Shown here in pieces: positions 10,155 to 20,739 of a stretch of DNA of 56,131 bases. This stretch comes from an uncultured Clostridium sp. GTDB taxonomy: Bacteria > Bacillota > Clostridia > TANB77 > CAG-508. The translations under genes and the position numbers were made by a program. Position 1 is the stretch's first letter. Every line of letters starts with the position of its first letter. Where the stretch lies: positions 1 through 56,131 of the forward strand of contig CASVZF010000005.1 in the NCBI GenBank assembly GCA_949467015.1, in the 5' to 3' direction. The notes beneath the pieces were generated by a model that worked only from the letters and a program-made list of their open reading frames with translations, was not told the origin of the DNA and made no database searches.

Positions 10155-10754
10155 CTATTCAAAATCTTCAATGAATTGATTTAACGATTGTTTACCATTT
10201 ATTCTGACTCCATTTTGCATACTAATTTTATCCGTTTCTGTTAAATATTCGGTCCCTATATCTGTTATTTCATATTCTTTTTCACTACCATCTTCTAGTA
10301 TCTCATATATTGTAACTTTTCCATTATTATCTCTTACTATATAGTGTTCCCCACATTCTCCATCTTCTTCTTTACTCAAAATTATCTCTGTATCAGAAAA
10401 TTTTTCTATCTTCCAATCCTCATATTTTTCTTCTAAATCTTCTTGCGTTTTATTGACTAGTTCCTCTGGGATTTTTAGATATTCACTTGTCGTATGCTCA
10501 CATTTTTTATATGTTTTTTTTAGCGTAATAAAACAATTTGGAGACATTTTTTCTTTTGAAGAATTTGCCTCTAGCATTTCATTTTGTATTTCCTGATATT
10601 CCTCTGTACAATCATCCACAATCTCTTCCTCTGCAATTCTTGTCTGAATCTCTTGGGAATTTTCATTTTCCTTTGGGTTATAAATAATTACCGCCGTAAT
10701 TATTGCTAATATAATTACAATAATAGAAAGCATAGTTATAATCGTTTTATTCAT
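10155..10754 (-). CDS. BofC C-terminal domain sporulation protein
   Basis: Start MNKTII (AGGAG RBS), signal/TM, C-terminal 'YEITDIGTEYL...GVRI...FIEDFE'. A sigmaF-like promoter GTATA-N14-GTAAACAATA lies upstream. Confidence 0.75.
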   Translation of the reverse strand: MNKTIITMLSIIVIILAIITAVIIYNPKENENSQEIQTRIAEEEIVDDCTEEYQEIQNEMLEANSSKEKMSPNCFITLKKTYKKCEHTTSEYLKIPEELVNKTQEDLEEKYEDWKIEKFSDTEIILSKEEDGECGEHYIVRDNNGKVTIYEILEDGSEKEYEITDIGTEYLTETDKISMQNGVRINGKQSLNQFIEDFE

Positions 10755-10854
10755 ATATTTAACTCCTTCACAAATACTTTTACTATTATTGTTTACTTTT
10801 TTGTTAAATTTATACAATTTTTTATGTAGTTTGTAACCATTTTGGGTTATGATT

Positions 10855-13368
10855 TTAGTTAATACTTCTCATCTTAAAATTTCCTTGTCTATTTACATGA
10901 ATCGTTATTTCTCCTCTTTCATCTGTTCGATAGATACTTATCCCATATTCTTTTAATTCATCTATAACTTCTTCAGACGGATGATGAAACATATTGTTTT
11001 TTCCCACACCTATTAAAGCTATTTTTGGATTTACAGCATCTAAGAATTCTTTTATTGTTGATGTTTTCGATCCATGATGAGCTACCTTTAAAACATGAGA
11101 AACTAATTTATCTTTTTCGTTTTTATAGGTTTCCAAAATTTTTTTCTCCGCTTTTCCCTCTATATCCCCAGTAAATAGCACAGAAAAATTATAATAGTAC
11201 ATTTTCATTATTAAAGAATTATTATTTATTTTATTCTCTTGTATTAGTTCAGAAGTTGGCCATAAAATATCAAAGTATATTTCCTTTTCTATCTTCACTC
11301 TATCTCCCTTCTTTACAATTGTCACAGGAATTCCTTTCTCTTTAATTACTTCTAAAAATTTTTGATAGTTTTCAGTGTTTTCTCCCTGCTTTGAAATAAT
11401 TACTTTTTTGACTTTTATTTCTTGTAGAATGGTAAGTATTCCCCCAACATGATCTTGATCAAAATGACTGATAAAAATATAATCTATTTTCGTATATCCT
11501 TTATCTAAAATATAAGGAAGCAATGTACTTTTTCCAACATCAAATTCATCTGTCGTACTTCCTCCTCCATCTATCAAAATAGTTTTATTTCTAGGTGTTA
11601 CAATAAAAGTAGAATCTCCCTGTCCTACATCAACAAAATTTATCTCTAAATTTTTGGGAATACACTGAAAGAAAGAAAATAGCAAAATAATAATAATTAT
11701 CATTATCCTCAGTCTATATTTTTTCTTATTTAAAAATATGTTGTATTTAGCTAAAGCTATTAAATTTTTCACTCTTATTTGCGTATGATTCAATTTTAGA
11801 GAATCATAAATATGATAGATAAAATTAAATATTATGATAAGGATATAATATAGTAAAATCATCCATATTTTAGGAGTTGGTAAGTATAGTTTGGAAAATG
11901 GTAATTCTGCTAAATTTGTGATAATAATTAGCATTTGAATGAAGAATTTTAAAACAATACAAATTACTTTTGAAATAGGATTAAAAATAAAAGAAAAAAC
12001 AATAAATATTGTGCTAAGAATAATAATGGGACCAATTATTACACTTACTAATAAATTACTGATAAGAAAATATACCCCTAATAAATTAAAATGATAAATC
12101 ATAATTGGAAAAATTGCTAATTGAGCAGATAATGTAACTGCTAATATCTCCTTTATTTTAGAGATAAAAAAGATAACCTTTCGATTAAACTTATACTTCC
12201 ATTTTCTGTTTTTTATTTTAATATTTTTTAAAAACTTAAAAATACTTTTATGTAATATCATAATTCCCATTGTTCCTATATATGAAAATTGCAATCCTAT
12301 ATTTTCTATCAAAAATGGATTATAAATAAGAATTAAAAATAAAGATATGGCTATTGAAGTCCAACTATCATTTTTTCTATATAAAATCTCTCCTCCTATT
12401 AGTAATATATTCATAATACTGGCTCTTACAACAGATGGTGAAAAACCTGTTATAAACATATAAGAAATCAAGAACGCAATCGTAACAAATCGCGTTTTTC
12501 TCTTTCCTATTATAGATTTTAAAAATAGTTGCATCCCTATTACTAAATAAGAAACATGCATTCCTGAAACAGCTAGAATATGAGAAATACTACTAATTCT
12601 AAAATTTTCTTGTATTTCTTCCTCTATATCAGAACCGTCCCCAAATATAATTCCTTTAATAATTGCTGCATGTCTTTCTTCTATACTAGAATCTATTTTT
12701 TGTTTCATCATAGAAGAAACCTGATTTGCTAAACTAAAAATATCATTGAAACGATTCCTGCTTAAAACTTTTAATTGATTAGCCTTTATTGTGCCATATA
12801 TTTTTAAACTTTTTAAATATTCTTTATATTGAAAGCCTCCGTAATTTCTTTGTGAACTAACTTCTATAAAATTTCCATTTACCTCTATTATATCGCCATA
12901 TTTTAACTTTTCTGTAGCCTTTTTACTTATTTTTAAATACAAATATGTATTTTTATACTTATTATTATCACGTAATATCTTTATTTCATATACATAATTG
13001 TATTCTTTCTCTCGTACATCACTAATAACAATTGCCTGTATCATTATTTCTTCCCCATCTTTATAATAGTTTTCATATTTCTGATTTTGGAAAATTACGA
13101 TTGAATTTGAAATGATAGAAAAAATAATCATACAAAAAAACATCTTTGAATTAAATATTAATTTTAGATATCTAAAATATCTTCTGCCACTTAGTAGTTT
13201 TAACTTCTTTCTACCCATGGAATTACGTTGAATAATATGAATCTTCTTCATTACTAAATATACCGCAATTATTGGAATATATAAAAGGACTATACTAAAT
13301 TTAAAGTATAGCCCCATTATAATACCTATTATATATCCTATAACTGCAATCAGAATCGGTCGTTTTAT
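10855..13368 (-). CDS. comEC: DNA uptake channel ComEC/Rec2
   Basis: HILAVSGMHV, SPSVVRA, DVGQGD, SHFDQDH, KVAHHGS. The frame extends upstream of the tracked ATG (13317) to a probable ATA start at 13368. Confidence 0.92.
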   Translation of the reverse strand: MKRPILIAVIGYIIGIIMGLYFKFSIVLLYIPIIAVYLVMKKIHIIQRNSMGRKKLKLLSGRRYFRYLKLIFNSKMFFCMIIFSIISNSIVIFQNQKYENYYKDGEEIMIQAIVISDVREKEYNYVYEIKILRDNNKYKNTYLYLKISKKATEKLKYGDIIEVNGNFIEVSSQRNYGGFQYKEYLKSLKIYGTIKANQLKVLSRNRFNDIFSLANQVSSMMKQKIDSSIEERHAAIIKGIIFGDGSDIEEEIQENFRISSISHILAVSGMHVSYLVIGMQLFLKSIIGKRKTRFVTIAFLISYMFITGFSPSVVRASIMNILLIGGEILYRKNDSWTSIAISLFLILIYNPFLIENIGLQFSYIGTMGIMILHKSIFKFLKNIKIKNRKWKYKFNRKVIFFISKIKEILAVTLSAQLAIFPIMIYHFNLLGVYFLISNLLVSVIIGPIIILSTIFIVFSFIFNPISKVICIVLKFFIQMLIIITNLAELPFSKLYLPTPKIWMILLYYILIIIFNFIYHIYDSLKLNHTQIRVKNLIALAKYNIFLNKKKYRLRIMIIIIILLFSFFQCIPKNLEINFVDVGQGDSTFIVTPRNKTILIDGGGSTTDEFDVGKSTLLPYILDKGYTKIDYIFISHFDQDHVGGILTILQEIKVKKVIISKQGENTENYQKFLEVIKEKGIPVTIVKKGDRVKIEKEIYFDILWPTSELIQENKINNNSLIMKMYYYNFSVLFTGDIEGKAEKKILETYKNEKDKLVSHVLKVAHHGSKTSTIKEFLDAVNPKIALIGVGKNNMFHHPSEEVIDELKEYGISIYRTDERGEITIHVNRQGNFKMRSIN

Positions 13369-13401
13369 TTTTCCATCTTCCTTTCTTAATTGCTTTTCCC
13401 C

Positions 13402-14664
13402 TTATATAACTCTTCTTGCTCCTACATAGTTATTATTATAATATCCAGAATTAATAGTATCTGTCGTTACGCCTCTTGATGGATTAGCAGCATGAACAAT
13501 TTGCCCTCCACCAATATAAATACCTACATGATTAATTCCAGATTTTCCAAACATAACTAAATCACCTGGTTGCAATTGATCTCTACTAACGGCAACTCCA
13601 TTACTATATTGTCCAGCAGCTGTTCTATTTAAACTTACACCATGTAGCTTAAATACATATGATGTAAATCCAGAACAATCGAAACTACTTGGTCCTGATG
13701 CCCCATATACATAACTGCATCCAATGTGATTTTTAGCTGTTTCAACTACAGTAGCACCTTTTCCTGATGATGGTACAGTAGTAGTCTCAGTTGTAGCTGT
13801 AGTAGACTGAGTCGTTTGTGTTCTTGGTGTGCTTTGACTCCTTGAAGTTTCCTTTTTTTCAGCTGCTAAAAGTGATGAAGATATGTAACCTTCGCTTCCA
13901 TTCACTTTTACCCTACTCCAGCCATTCTCTTCTGCATATACATCAACTGATGTATTGATAGACAATCTAGTTATAATTTCTGAATCAGTAGATGCCTCTT
14001 TTCTTAAATTAACCGTATCCGTATTAATATATAAAGTTTTTAGTATTACTTCTTCTGCTGCTTCTTCAACTTTTTCTTCATTAGAACTTTGCGTTGTTTC
14101 TTCTTCTTTTTCTTCCACTGATTTTAGCTTATCATTTCTAATCCAACCTTTGGCTGTCTCTGTTTGAATACATACCCAACCATTTATTGTTTCTGTAATG
14201 GTAACTTCTTGATCTTTTTTCACTTCTATAATTTCTGTTGCATTAATAGATGGTACAATTTTTAATTTTGTGTCTTCTTTTACAATTTTTTTAGTTTCTT
14301 TCTCTTGTTCAACGGTTGTTTCTTCATTTTGGACATTTTCATTTTTTTCTTCTGTTGAAGTTTCAAGTTGTTTTTCAGTATTGGCATCTCCATTTATTGT
14401 AATTAAATCTTCTCTTATATATCCAGTTATTCCATTGACCTTAACTTTGCACCATTCATTGCCTTTTTCCACTACTTCAACTTCCTGATTTAAGGAAAGT
14501 TGTACTAAAATTTTACTCTCACTATCTGCTGTTTCCCTTAAATTTGCTGTTTCGACATTTACCTTCGCAGTATTTGCCGCTAAACTAATATTAATAAAAA
14601 ACAATGTAGCAATTCCAAGAGCTGCAAGTATTACTATGCTTTTTATGTTCTTTTTACTTTTCAT
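13402..14664 (-). CDS. SH3b-repeat NlpC/P60 peptidoglycan endopeptidase
   Basis: Signal peptide, three SH3b domains, FDCSGF and HVGIY catalytic motifs. Confidence 0.92.
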   Translation of the reverse strand: MKSKKNIKSIVILAALGIATLFFINISLAANTAKVNVETANLRETADSESKILVQLSLNQEVEVVEKGNEWCKVKVNGITGYIREDLITINGDANTEKQLETSTEEKNENVQNEETTVEQEKETKKIVKEDTKLKIVPSINATEIIEVKKDQEVTITETINGWVCIQTETAKGWIRNDKLKSVEEKEEETTQSSNEEKVEEAAEEVILKTLYINTDTVNLRKEASTDSEIITRLSINTSVDVYAEENGWSRVKVNGSEGYISSSLLAAEKKETSRSQSTPRTQTTQSTTATTETTTVPSSGKGATVVETAKNHIGCSYVYGASGPSSFDCSGFTSYVFKLHGVSLNRTAAGQYSNGVAVSRDQLQPGDLVMFGKSGINHVGIYIGGGQIVHAANPSRGVTTDTINSGYYNNNYVGARRVI

Positions 14665-14716
14665 TTCAATATTACTCCTTAATCATAATATATTACATCC
14701 TGTTTTTAACGTTACT

Positions 14717-14745
14717 AGTATACACATAAAAAGTTATTTTGTCAA
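14717..14745 (-). promoter_or_regulatory. SigA promoter of the NlpC/P60 gene
   Basis: TTGACA-N17-TATACT on the minus strand. Confidence 0.75.
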
Positions 14746-14772
14746 GTTTTTCTAAAAATTCACTGGAATGTA

Positions 14773-14801
14773 TTGACAAATGTGCTTTTTTGTAATAGAA
14801 T
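14773..14801 (+). promoter_or_regulatory. SigA promoter of rplM-rpsI
   Basis: TTGACA-N17-TAGAAT. Confidence 0.8.
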
Positions 14802-14821
14802 AATTGAGCAATTATGTTAAA

Positions 14822-14875
14822 ATATGATTTAAATCTAAAACTTCTCCCCGGTAGTTTTAAATTTAAACTTCATAT
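14822..14875 (+). ncRNA. L13 leader-like autoregulatory hairpin
   Basis: Long AU-rich stem with a CCCCGG-containing loop in the rplM 5' UTR, as in Firmicutes L13 leaders. Confidence 0.65.
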
Positions 14876-14915
14876 ATAAATAAAAAATAAAATAAATAGG
14901 AGGGTATATATTACC

Positions 14916-15353
14916 ATGAATAATACTACATATAGTGCAAAAAAAGGTGAAGTTGAAAGTAAATGGTATATAATTGATGCAGCAAACAAACCACTTGGTA
15001 GAGTTGCAACAGAAGCTGCTAAATTATTAAGAGGAAAACACAAACCAACATTTACACCAAATATTGATATGGGTGATCACGTTATTATATTAAATTGTAA
15101 AGACGTAATCTTAACAGGAAACAAATTAAATCAAAAAGTTTACAGACATCATTCAGGTTACATTGGAGGAATGAAAGAAGTTTCTGCCAAAGTAATGCTT
15201 GAAAAAAATCCAGAAAAAGCTATGACTTTAGCTATAAAAGGAATGTTACCTCATAATTCTTTAGGTAGACAAATGGCTAAAAAACTAAGAGTATATGCAG
15301 GAGCAGAACATGAAAATCAAGCACAAAAACCAGAAGTATGGGAGGTAAAATAA
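14916..15353 (+). CDS. rplM: 50S ribosomal protein L13
   Basis: [28 protein letters not shown]. Confidence 0.98.
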   Translation: MNNTTYSAKKGEVESKWYIIDAANKPLGRVATEAAKLLRGKHKPTFTPNIDMGDHVIILNCKDVILTGNKLNQKVYRHHSGYIGGMKEVSAKVMLEKNPEKAMTLAIKGMLPHNSLGRQMAKKLRVYAGAEHENQAQKPEVWEVK

Positions 15354-15354
15354 T

Positions 15355-15756
15355 ATGGCTAAAAAAGAAAATATCGTTTTCTATGGTACAGGTAGAAGAA
15401 AAAATGCAATTGCTAGAGTTAGACTAGTAGAAGGAAATGGAAAAATAACAATTAATGGTAAAGATATCGATGAATTCTTTGGACTAGAAACTTTAAAAGT
15501 TATCGTTAGACAACCACTTACCGTTACAAATACAACAGCTAAATATGATGTAGTTGCAACTGTAAAAGGTGGAGGATTCACAGGTCAAGCAGGAGCAATC
15601 AGACATGGTATTGCAAGAGCATTGAATGAAGCTAATAGCGAATATAGACCAGCTCTAAAATCAAACGGATTCTTAACAAGAGATCCTCGTATGAAAGAAA
15701 GAAAAAAATACGGTCTTAAAAAAGCTAGAAAAGCTCCTCAATTTAGTAAGAGATAA
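15355..15756 (+). CDS. rpsI: 30S ribosomal protein S9
   Basis: [35 protein letters not shown]. Confidence 0.98.
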   Translation: MAKKENIVFYGTGRRKNAIARVRLVEGNGKITINGKDIDEFFGLETLKVIVRQPLTVTNTTAKYDVVATVKGGGFTGQAGAIRHGIARALNEANSEYRPALKSNGFLTRDPRMKERKKYGLKKARKAPQFSKR

Positions 15757-15796
15757 TTACGAGTGTCTTGTGGAAAGACCTCAAAAGTATACAAAC

Positions 15797-15826
15797 AAAC
15801 CGGTAATCATTCATATTACCGGTTTT
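15797..15826 (+). terminator. Terminator after rpsI
   Basis: AAACCGGTAAT/ATTACCGGTTTT stem. Confidence 0.7.
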
Positions 15827-15871
15827 CATTTATTCTTTATTCCCGTATATATTCCACTACGCACACCACTT

Positions 15872-17131
15872 TTACTGTTGCTCCTGTCCTGCCTCTCCTT
15901 TTAAATTCATTCTATTTTCTAACTCATCCTTTTTCGGCAAATACTCTTTCCAAAACGGTTCTACTGTATCAAATTTATGCACCCTGTATTGAGCATCAAA
16001 TTCTTTGATATCTATATTTTCAAATTTTAATAAATCATTATCAAAAATAATTATCTTATCTTTTAACTCTTCTTCTCCTAAATGTATAACTAAAAACGGA
16101 TTTTCTAAATCTTCGTCCTCTTTTTTATATACAAATTTTGTCGTTATATCTTGCTCTTTCATCCCTAATTCATTTAAACATTGTTCTAAAATACTTCTTG
16201 TCTCAGAAAGATGGCTCGCTTCTCTTGAAAAATCTTGCATAAATATATTCAAGAAACAATCCAACTTCTCTTTTGATGAATTAAACTCTTTTGAATTCAT
16301 TTCATCTATTTTCCTTAACATAGGAAATTTAAAAGTTCTGTCTTCATTAGTTAAGCCAATGCTATAATATATTTCTCTTAATTCCTTATCTGAAATTTCA
16401 ATAACATCTTCTGGCGGTACCTTTAATCTATGTGCATTTGAAATTCCTCGTTCTCGTTCTCTCAAATTTTCGTATGTCACTCCAAAATATTGTGGCCTTG
16501 CCTTATATAAAGTACTGCTTAAATCCCAGGTTGCATCCGTTATTATATTTCCTTCTTCTGTTTTACTAAGCATAAATGAATGTGTACCGGAAGATAATTC
16601 TTGAGTTTCTATCCCTAATCTAGCTAATATATTTCTTTGAATAGAAGTAATTCCATTACATACACTTTTCCCTTCTACAATCGATCTCCATATGTTTCTT
16701 GCATTATTAGCCATTGGTGAATTAATATATTTTCCAGAGAAATTAAAATCTGGAACATAGGAAATTAATTCTCCCATTTTATAATGCACATATGCTATTT
16801 TTTGTTTGGAGGACCACTTAGGATCTATCTCTTCTAATATGTTTTCAATCAATCCTTCTGCTTCTAAAAATTCTCCTTTGTTTGCTTGTCCCACTAATCC
16901 ATTTATTATTTTAACATTATCGTTACAATTTTCTATAAATTGTTTCAAATTCTGATAGTACTCTCTTGTTTGTATCTCTGGCACCCTTATATAGTTTAGA
17001 TTTATTGCACCTTTAGCAATTTCAAGATAATTAATTGGATCTTCTTTTATTACTAAATCATTTAATATTATATTTTCTTCTACAAAGCTTATTCTTTTTA
17101 ATTCATCTATCTTGTTGTTATATGTATCCAT
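15872..17131 (-). CDS. Transglutaminase-like (papain-fold Cys-His-Asp) protein
   Basis: GKSVCNGI (Cys), GTHSF (His), ITDATWD (Asp). Confidence 0.7.
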   Translation of the reverse strand: MDTYNNKIDELKRISFVEENIILNDLVIKEDPINYLEIAKGAINLNYIRVPEIQTREYYQNLKQFIENCNDNVKIINGLVGQANKGEFLEAEGLIENILEEIDPKWSSKQKIAYVHYKMGELISYVPDFNFSGKYINSPMANNARNIWRSIVEGKSVCNGITSIQRNILARLGIETQELSSGTHSFMLSKTEEGNIITDATWDLSSTLYKARPQYFGVTYENLRERERGISNAHRLKVPPEDVIEISDKELREIYYSIGLTNEDRTFKFPMLRKIDEMNSKEFNSSKEKLDCFLNIFMQDFSREASHLSETRSILEQCLNELGMKEQDITTKFVYKKEDEDLENPFLVIHLGEEELKDKIIIFDNDLLKFENIDIKEFDAQYRVHKFDTVEPFWKEYLPKKDELENRMNLKGEAGQEQQ

Positions 17132-17133
17132 TT

Positions 17134-17334
17134 TTATATCCTATCCTTTAATTTCATTTTGGGAATTATTTTATATCCGTTTCTGTCGTCATATTCCAAA
17201 TTAGAATTCTGTTTTAACATAACTTGAAAATCATTTTTGATTTCCTTTTTATTTTCAACATTTTTTTGTGTCCCAATTAATTTCACTTTATCTTTATGGA
17301 ATATTTTTTTCAATATTTTCCTTATCCATTCCAT
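17134..17334 (-). CDS. Hypothetical 66-aa basic protein
   Basis: Strong RBS AAGGAGG; closely coupled to the downstream gene. Confidence 0.7.
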   Translation of the reverse strand: MEWIRKILKKIFHKDKVKLIGTQKNVENKKEIKNDFQVMLKQNSNLEYDDRNGYKIIPKMKLKDRI

Positions 17335-17521
17335 ATTTAAGTCCTCCTTAGGTTTCAGGTTCCTCTCTTATAAATTATAAAATACTTTTTATTAAATGTC
17401 ACTATAAATTTTACATTTTTATAAACGATTTTAATTATACATCCGCTATTACGAATCAATTATGATAACTTTACAAATTAACACTTTTTTATCAATTGAA
17501 TATAATAAATTAGGTGATTTT

Positions 17522-17680
17522 ATGACTCCTTTTCAATTAACCACTTTTATAAATTCTATTGCAAACTTTATAGCTTGTGATTTAGAAGATTCTGAATTAG
17601 ATCTTTTAGCTGCTGTGTTTTCTCAATTAGGAGATACGCTAGCAACAATTTCTGCTCAACGTAATATTTGTAATAAATAA
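17522..17680 (+). CDS. DUF6774-like small protein
   Basis: Start MTPFQL after AGGTGA; 'ELDLLAAVFSQLGDTLATI' motif. Confidence 0.75.
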   Translation: MTPFQLTTFINSIANFIACDLEDSELDLLAAVFSQLGDTLATISAQRNICNK

Positions 17681-17762
17681 AAATTCTATCTCTACTGTAA
17701 ATAAACTAAACCCCAGAGCACTTCTGGAGCTTAGTTATCAAAAATTCTATTAATATTGCTTT

Positions 17763-18137
17763 TTATTTTTCATTTTCTAAAAAATCAATTTGTTCTTCCC
17801 TATGTTGCTGCTTTTCTAATAAATTATCTAACATTTGTTGATCCATTGATTCCTTATTGTTTTCAATATATCCTTGAGTATTCCTATAATTTTCCTTTAA
17901 ATTTTCTAAATGTTCCTCTGGTGAAATATATTTATCCTCATCTTTCAGTTTACTTTCTAGCTCTTTTATTTGTTCTTCTCGAATTTTTTGAATCTCTCTA
18001 GCATTTTCTTTATTTTCATGGCTACCTATTTCCGAATATTGTTCTAAATGCCTTTGTGTTCTTGTATGCCTTTCCACTAAATTTTCTAAATTCTCTATTT
18101 GCCTATCCTTCTTTTCATTATTATCAAAATTTTCCAC
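17763..18137 (-). CDS. Acidic coiled-coil protein, Tlp-like spore protein
   Basis: GGAGG RBS with GTG start; two internally similar halves (ENL...T...E..KQ..REEQI..LE) reminiscent of Tlp. Confidence 0.5.
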   Translation of the reverse strand: MENFDNNEKKDRQIENLENLVERHTRTQRHLEQYSEIGSHENKENAREIQKIREEQIKELESKLKDEDKYISPEEHLENLKENYRNTQGYIENNKESMDQQMLDNLLEKQQHREEQIDFLENEK

Positions 18138-18228
18138 TATAAAAACCTCCTTTTTTGAAATACTATATTTATATGATTTACATTTTCAAAAAAATTATAA
18201 ATAGAAAATTTTGATATAAAACAGTAAG

Positions 18229-18949
18229 TTATTCTATTACTTCTATAGCATCTGTTGTACTATTTAATCCTTGGAGGTTATAATATGTCTCTGGAATACG
18301 TCCTACTATTACATTTTCTACTAGCAAAACTTGATTGGTTATTTCTTTTTCAATATCTTGAAAAGGAGTTAAAACATTTACTTTACATTTTACATCTAAA
18401 TAAACTCTATGAAGTGTTTGATTAATTCCTTGTGTGGTAAATTCACTTTTTAAATCGGTCTCAACGGTTCCTATTGACGATATTCGAATTTTTACTCCTG
18501 GACCTCTTCCTGCTAATAATTTAAATCCTGTAAAACTTCCGAATGGCTATTTCTATATTTTCTTTTCCCTTATTATCAATATCCTCTTGGATTTTTATCG
18601 CTACATCTGAAATAATCTCATTAATAGCTAAGACATTTGATTTTATCATAGTAATATTATCGTTTAAATCTTTTTCTACTGTAAACAATTCATCATATGA
18701 ATGTTCTCTCATAACATTGGTTGCTTGTTCATTGGATACCATTGTTGCAATTGATTTTGCTTTTGCCTCACATAAAGTATCAAATATTGGATATACGGCA
18801 TCTAACATTAATTTAACCGTACTAAAAGCAATTATTAATATGGCAAATATCTTTAGCATCTTCCTATTTTTTTGGTTATAGACTTTGCTTCCTCTATTAA
18901 TAGAAACCCTAGGAATTTTAATTCGTGGTCTAGAATAAATCTTATACAT
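18229..18949 (-). CDS. yunB: Sporulation protein YunB, +1 frameshift at CGG codon 137
   Basis: The 0 frame ends IEIAI-RKFYRI*. The +1 frame continues GSFTGFKLLAGRGPGVKIRI...SEFTTQGINQTLHRVYL...IVGRIPETYY, the YunB C-terminus. Span is 721 nt = 3n+1. Confidence 0.88.
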
Positions 18950-20492
18950 AACTTTTTATAGAAGATTTTGAATAATGAGGGATAAATATTTTTTGCCCTA
19001 CCAATATTTTATTTTCATCCTCTATTCCATTTGTTCTTGCAATATCTTCTACCGTACTTCCATAACGTTTAGCTATTTTCCATAAAGTATCACCTTCTTT
19101 TACAATATACATTAAAATGCTATAATCTTCTGCTTCCCTTTCCCCATTTGTTTGAATTTCATCTATAATATTCATATTCGTGTTTTGATAAGAATCTGTA
19201 TTCATTGACATATCTATATTACTTGTTACGATTCCTGCATCTTGAACAATAAAATCTTGATTCATTACTTCAATTGCCATATTACTATTCCTATTATCAC
19301 TATCTTCTACATTTTCAAGCGTATAATCAAATGGAATTTTAGCTACTCTAGTATCTACTTGTAAATCACTATTAGACAAAATAAATCTTAATTCTAATTC
19401 TCCCTCATAATTAATTTTATTATTTAATTTATTTTCTTTTTCAATATTTGGTATAACATCCACATCTATAATACTTCTATTTTCCACTCCCTCTAGTGAC
19501 ACTTTTTCTCGTATTTGTTTTGTTTCCCTTGTTGTTCTTTTATTCGTAATTGTTGTAATTTTTTTCTTATTAAATTCCAAATTTTCACTAGGACTATATA
19601 AATCTTGTATCAAACTGATTTGTTTTTCCTCATATACAGTAGCCATTACTTCTATTTCTATCTCTACATAAATAGAATGGTCTTGAGCTGAGTTTGGTTT
19701 TAATACGATATTTCTTATTTCATAATCAACATCACATATGTTTTCTTCGGTAACATTTGGTATATCAATAAAGCCGACTACTGGTATTTTAGCTATTATT
19801 TTATTCATTCGGTTGTCTTCTGTAAGATACATTATTTTTATTTCTGCCTCTGACTTAGTAAGAATTTTATTATAACTAATTTTTACATCTTTGTCACAGA
19901 TACGAATATTTGATTTTAAAATCTCTGCTAAATTATCTGCTGAATCAATATTAATTGTATCTTTTGCATAAATTTTTGTATCTCCTGTACCCACTAAAGA
20001 ATTTACTCTTAAATCTTCTTTCAATATTTGAATTTCCTCTGCATTTTGAATATCATTTATAACTTCTACTTCTTCTTTCGCATATATTCTTACTTCAATT
20101 TCAATTGCAGCTTTAATTCCAACTTTCCTTCCATTAATTACTCTTGCTTCAATTGATTTCAATTTACTATCTAATTTACAGCTCATTCCTTCTTTACAAT
20201 TTGCAACCTGTATATTTTCTGAAAAATCTAAACTTGTTGTCAATCCTCTTACTTTATCTTCACCATCGTCTGCCATATACATGATATATGTATTTATATT
20301 TCCATCCACTCTAATTTTTTCTTCTAAAATTTCCTTTTTATAAATACATACCACACCACTTGTACAAATTGTATTTAAAATATCTGGTTTGGAATCAGGT
20401 ACAATCATATCACCTTCAACTAATATCACTTCTTTTTTTGTAGTAACTAATTTATTCACACATAAATTTTCTTTTATTGTATCTACAACCAT
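18942..20492 (-). CDS. sipL: SPOCS (DUF3794) x3 + LysM spore coat morphogenetic protein (SipL-like)
   Basis: VPDSKPDI repeats; C-terminal LysM YIVKEGDTLWKIAKRY. Confidence 0.85.
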   Translation of the reverse strand: MVVDTIKENLCVNKLVTTKKEVILVEGDMIVPDSKPDILNTICTSGVVCIYKKEILEEKIRVDGNINTYIMYMADDGEDKVRGLTTSLDFSENIQVANCKEGMSCKLDSKLKSIEARVINGRKVGIKAAIEIEVRIYAKEEVEVINDIQNAEEIQILKEDLRVNSLVGTGDTKIYAKDTINIDSADNLAEILKSNIRICDKDVKISYNKILTKSEAEIKIMYLTEDNRMNKIIAKIPVVGFIDIPNVTEENICDVDYEIRNIVLKPNSAQDHSIYVEIEIEVMATVYEEKQISLIQDLYSPSENLEFNKKKITTITNKRTTRETKQIREKVSLEGVENRSIIDVDVIPNIEKENKLNNKINYEGELELRFILSNSDLQVDTRVAKIPFDYTLENVEDSDNRNSNMAIEVMNQDFIVQDAGIVTSNIDMSMNTDSYQNTNMNIIDEIQTNGEREAEDYSILMYIVKEGDTLWKIAKRYGSTVEDIARTNGIEDENKILVGQKIFIPHYSKSSIKSYV

Positions 20493-20526
20493 TTATTTAA
20501 CCTCCTTCATTTTTCTTTATACATTT

Positions 20527-20553
20527 ATATTATGTCCTACCATTTTTTATGAC
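20527..20553 (-). promoter_or_regulatory. SigE-type promoter of sipL-yunB
   Basis: GTCATA-N13-CATAATAT on the minus strand. Confidence 0.55.
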
Positions 20554-20667
20554 ATAATTAAGAACAAAAGCGACATAATTAAAATTCTCTAATCTTTTAG
20601 ATTCCCTACATATCGCGTTTTTATTCGCCCGCGAAAAAATTCTAAAAAATTTTTTCTGTGGAATGCA

Positions 20668-20736
20668 TTTATATAATAGGAAGTTTACGAACTTCCTATT
20701 ATATAAAAAAAGAGTAGAAATCAATTCTACTCTTCT
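20668..20736. terminator. Tandem hairpins downstream of veg
   Basis: TTTATATAATAGGAAGTT/AACTTCCTATTATATAAA (18 bp perfect) and AAGAGTAGAA/TTCTACTCTT. Confidence 0.65.
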
Positions 20737-20739
20737 TTA

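Noticed and set aside
20590-20667. GC-richer patch between sipL and veg as a possible small RNA
   Set aside because: Only weak pairing (GAAAAAATT/AATTTTTTC) is visible, with no promoter or family signature I can support.
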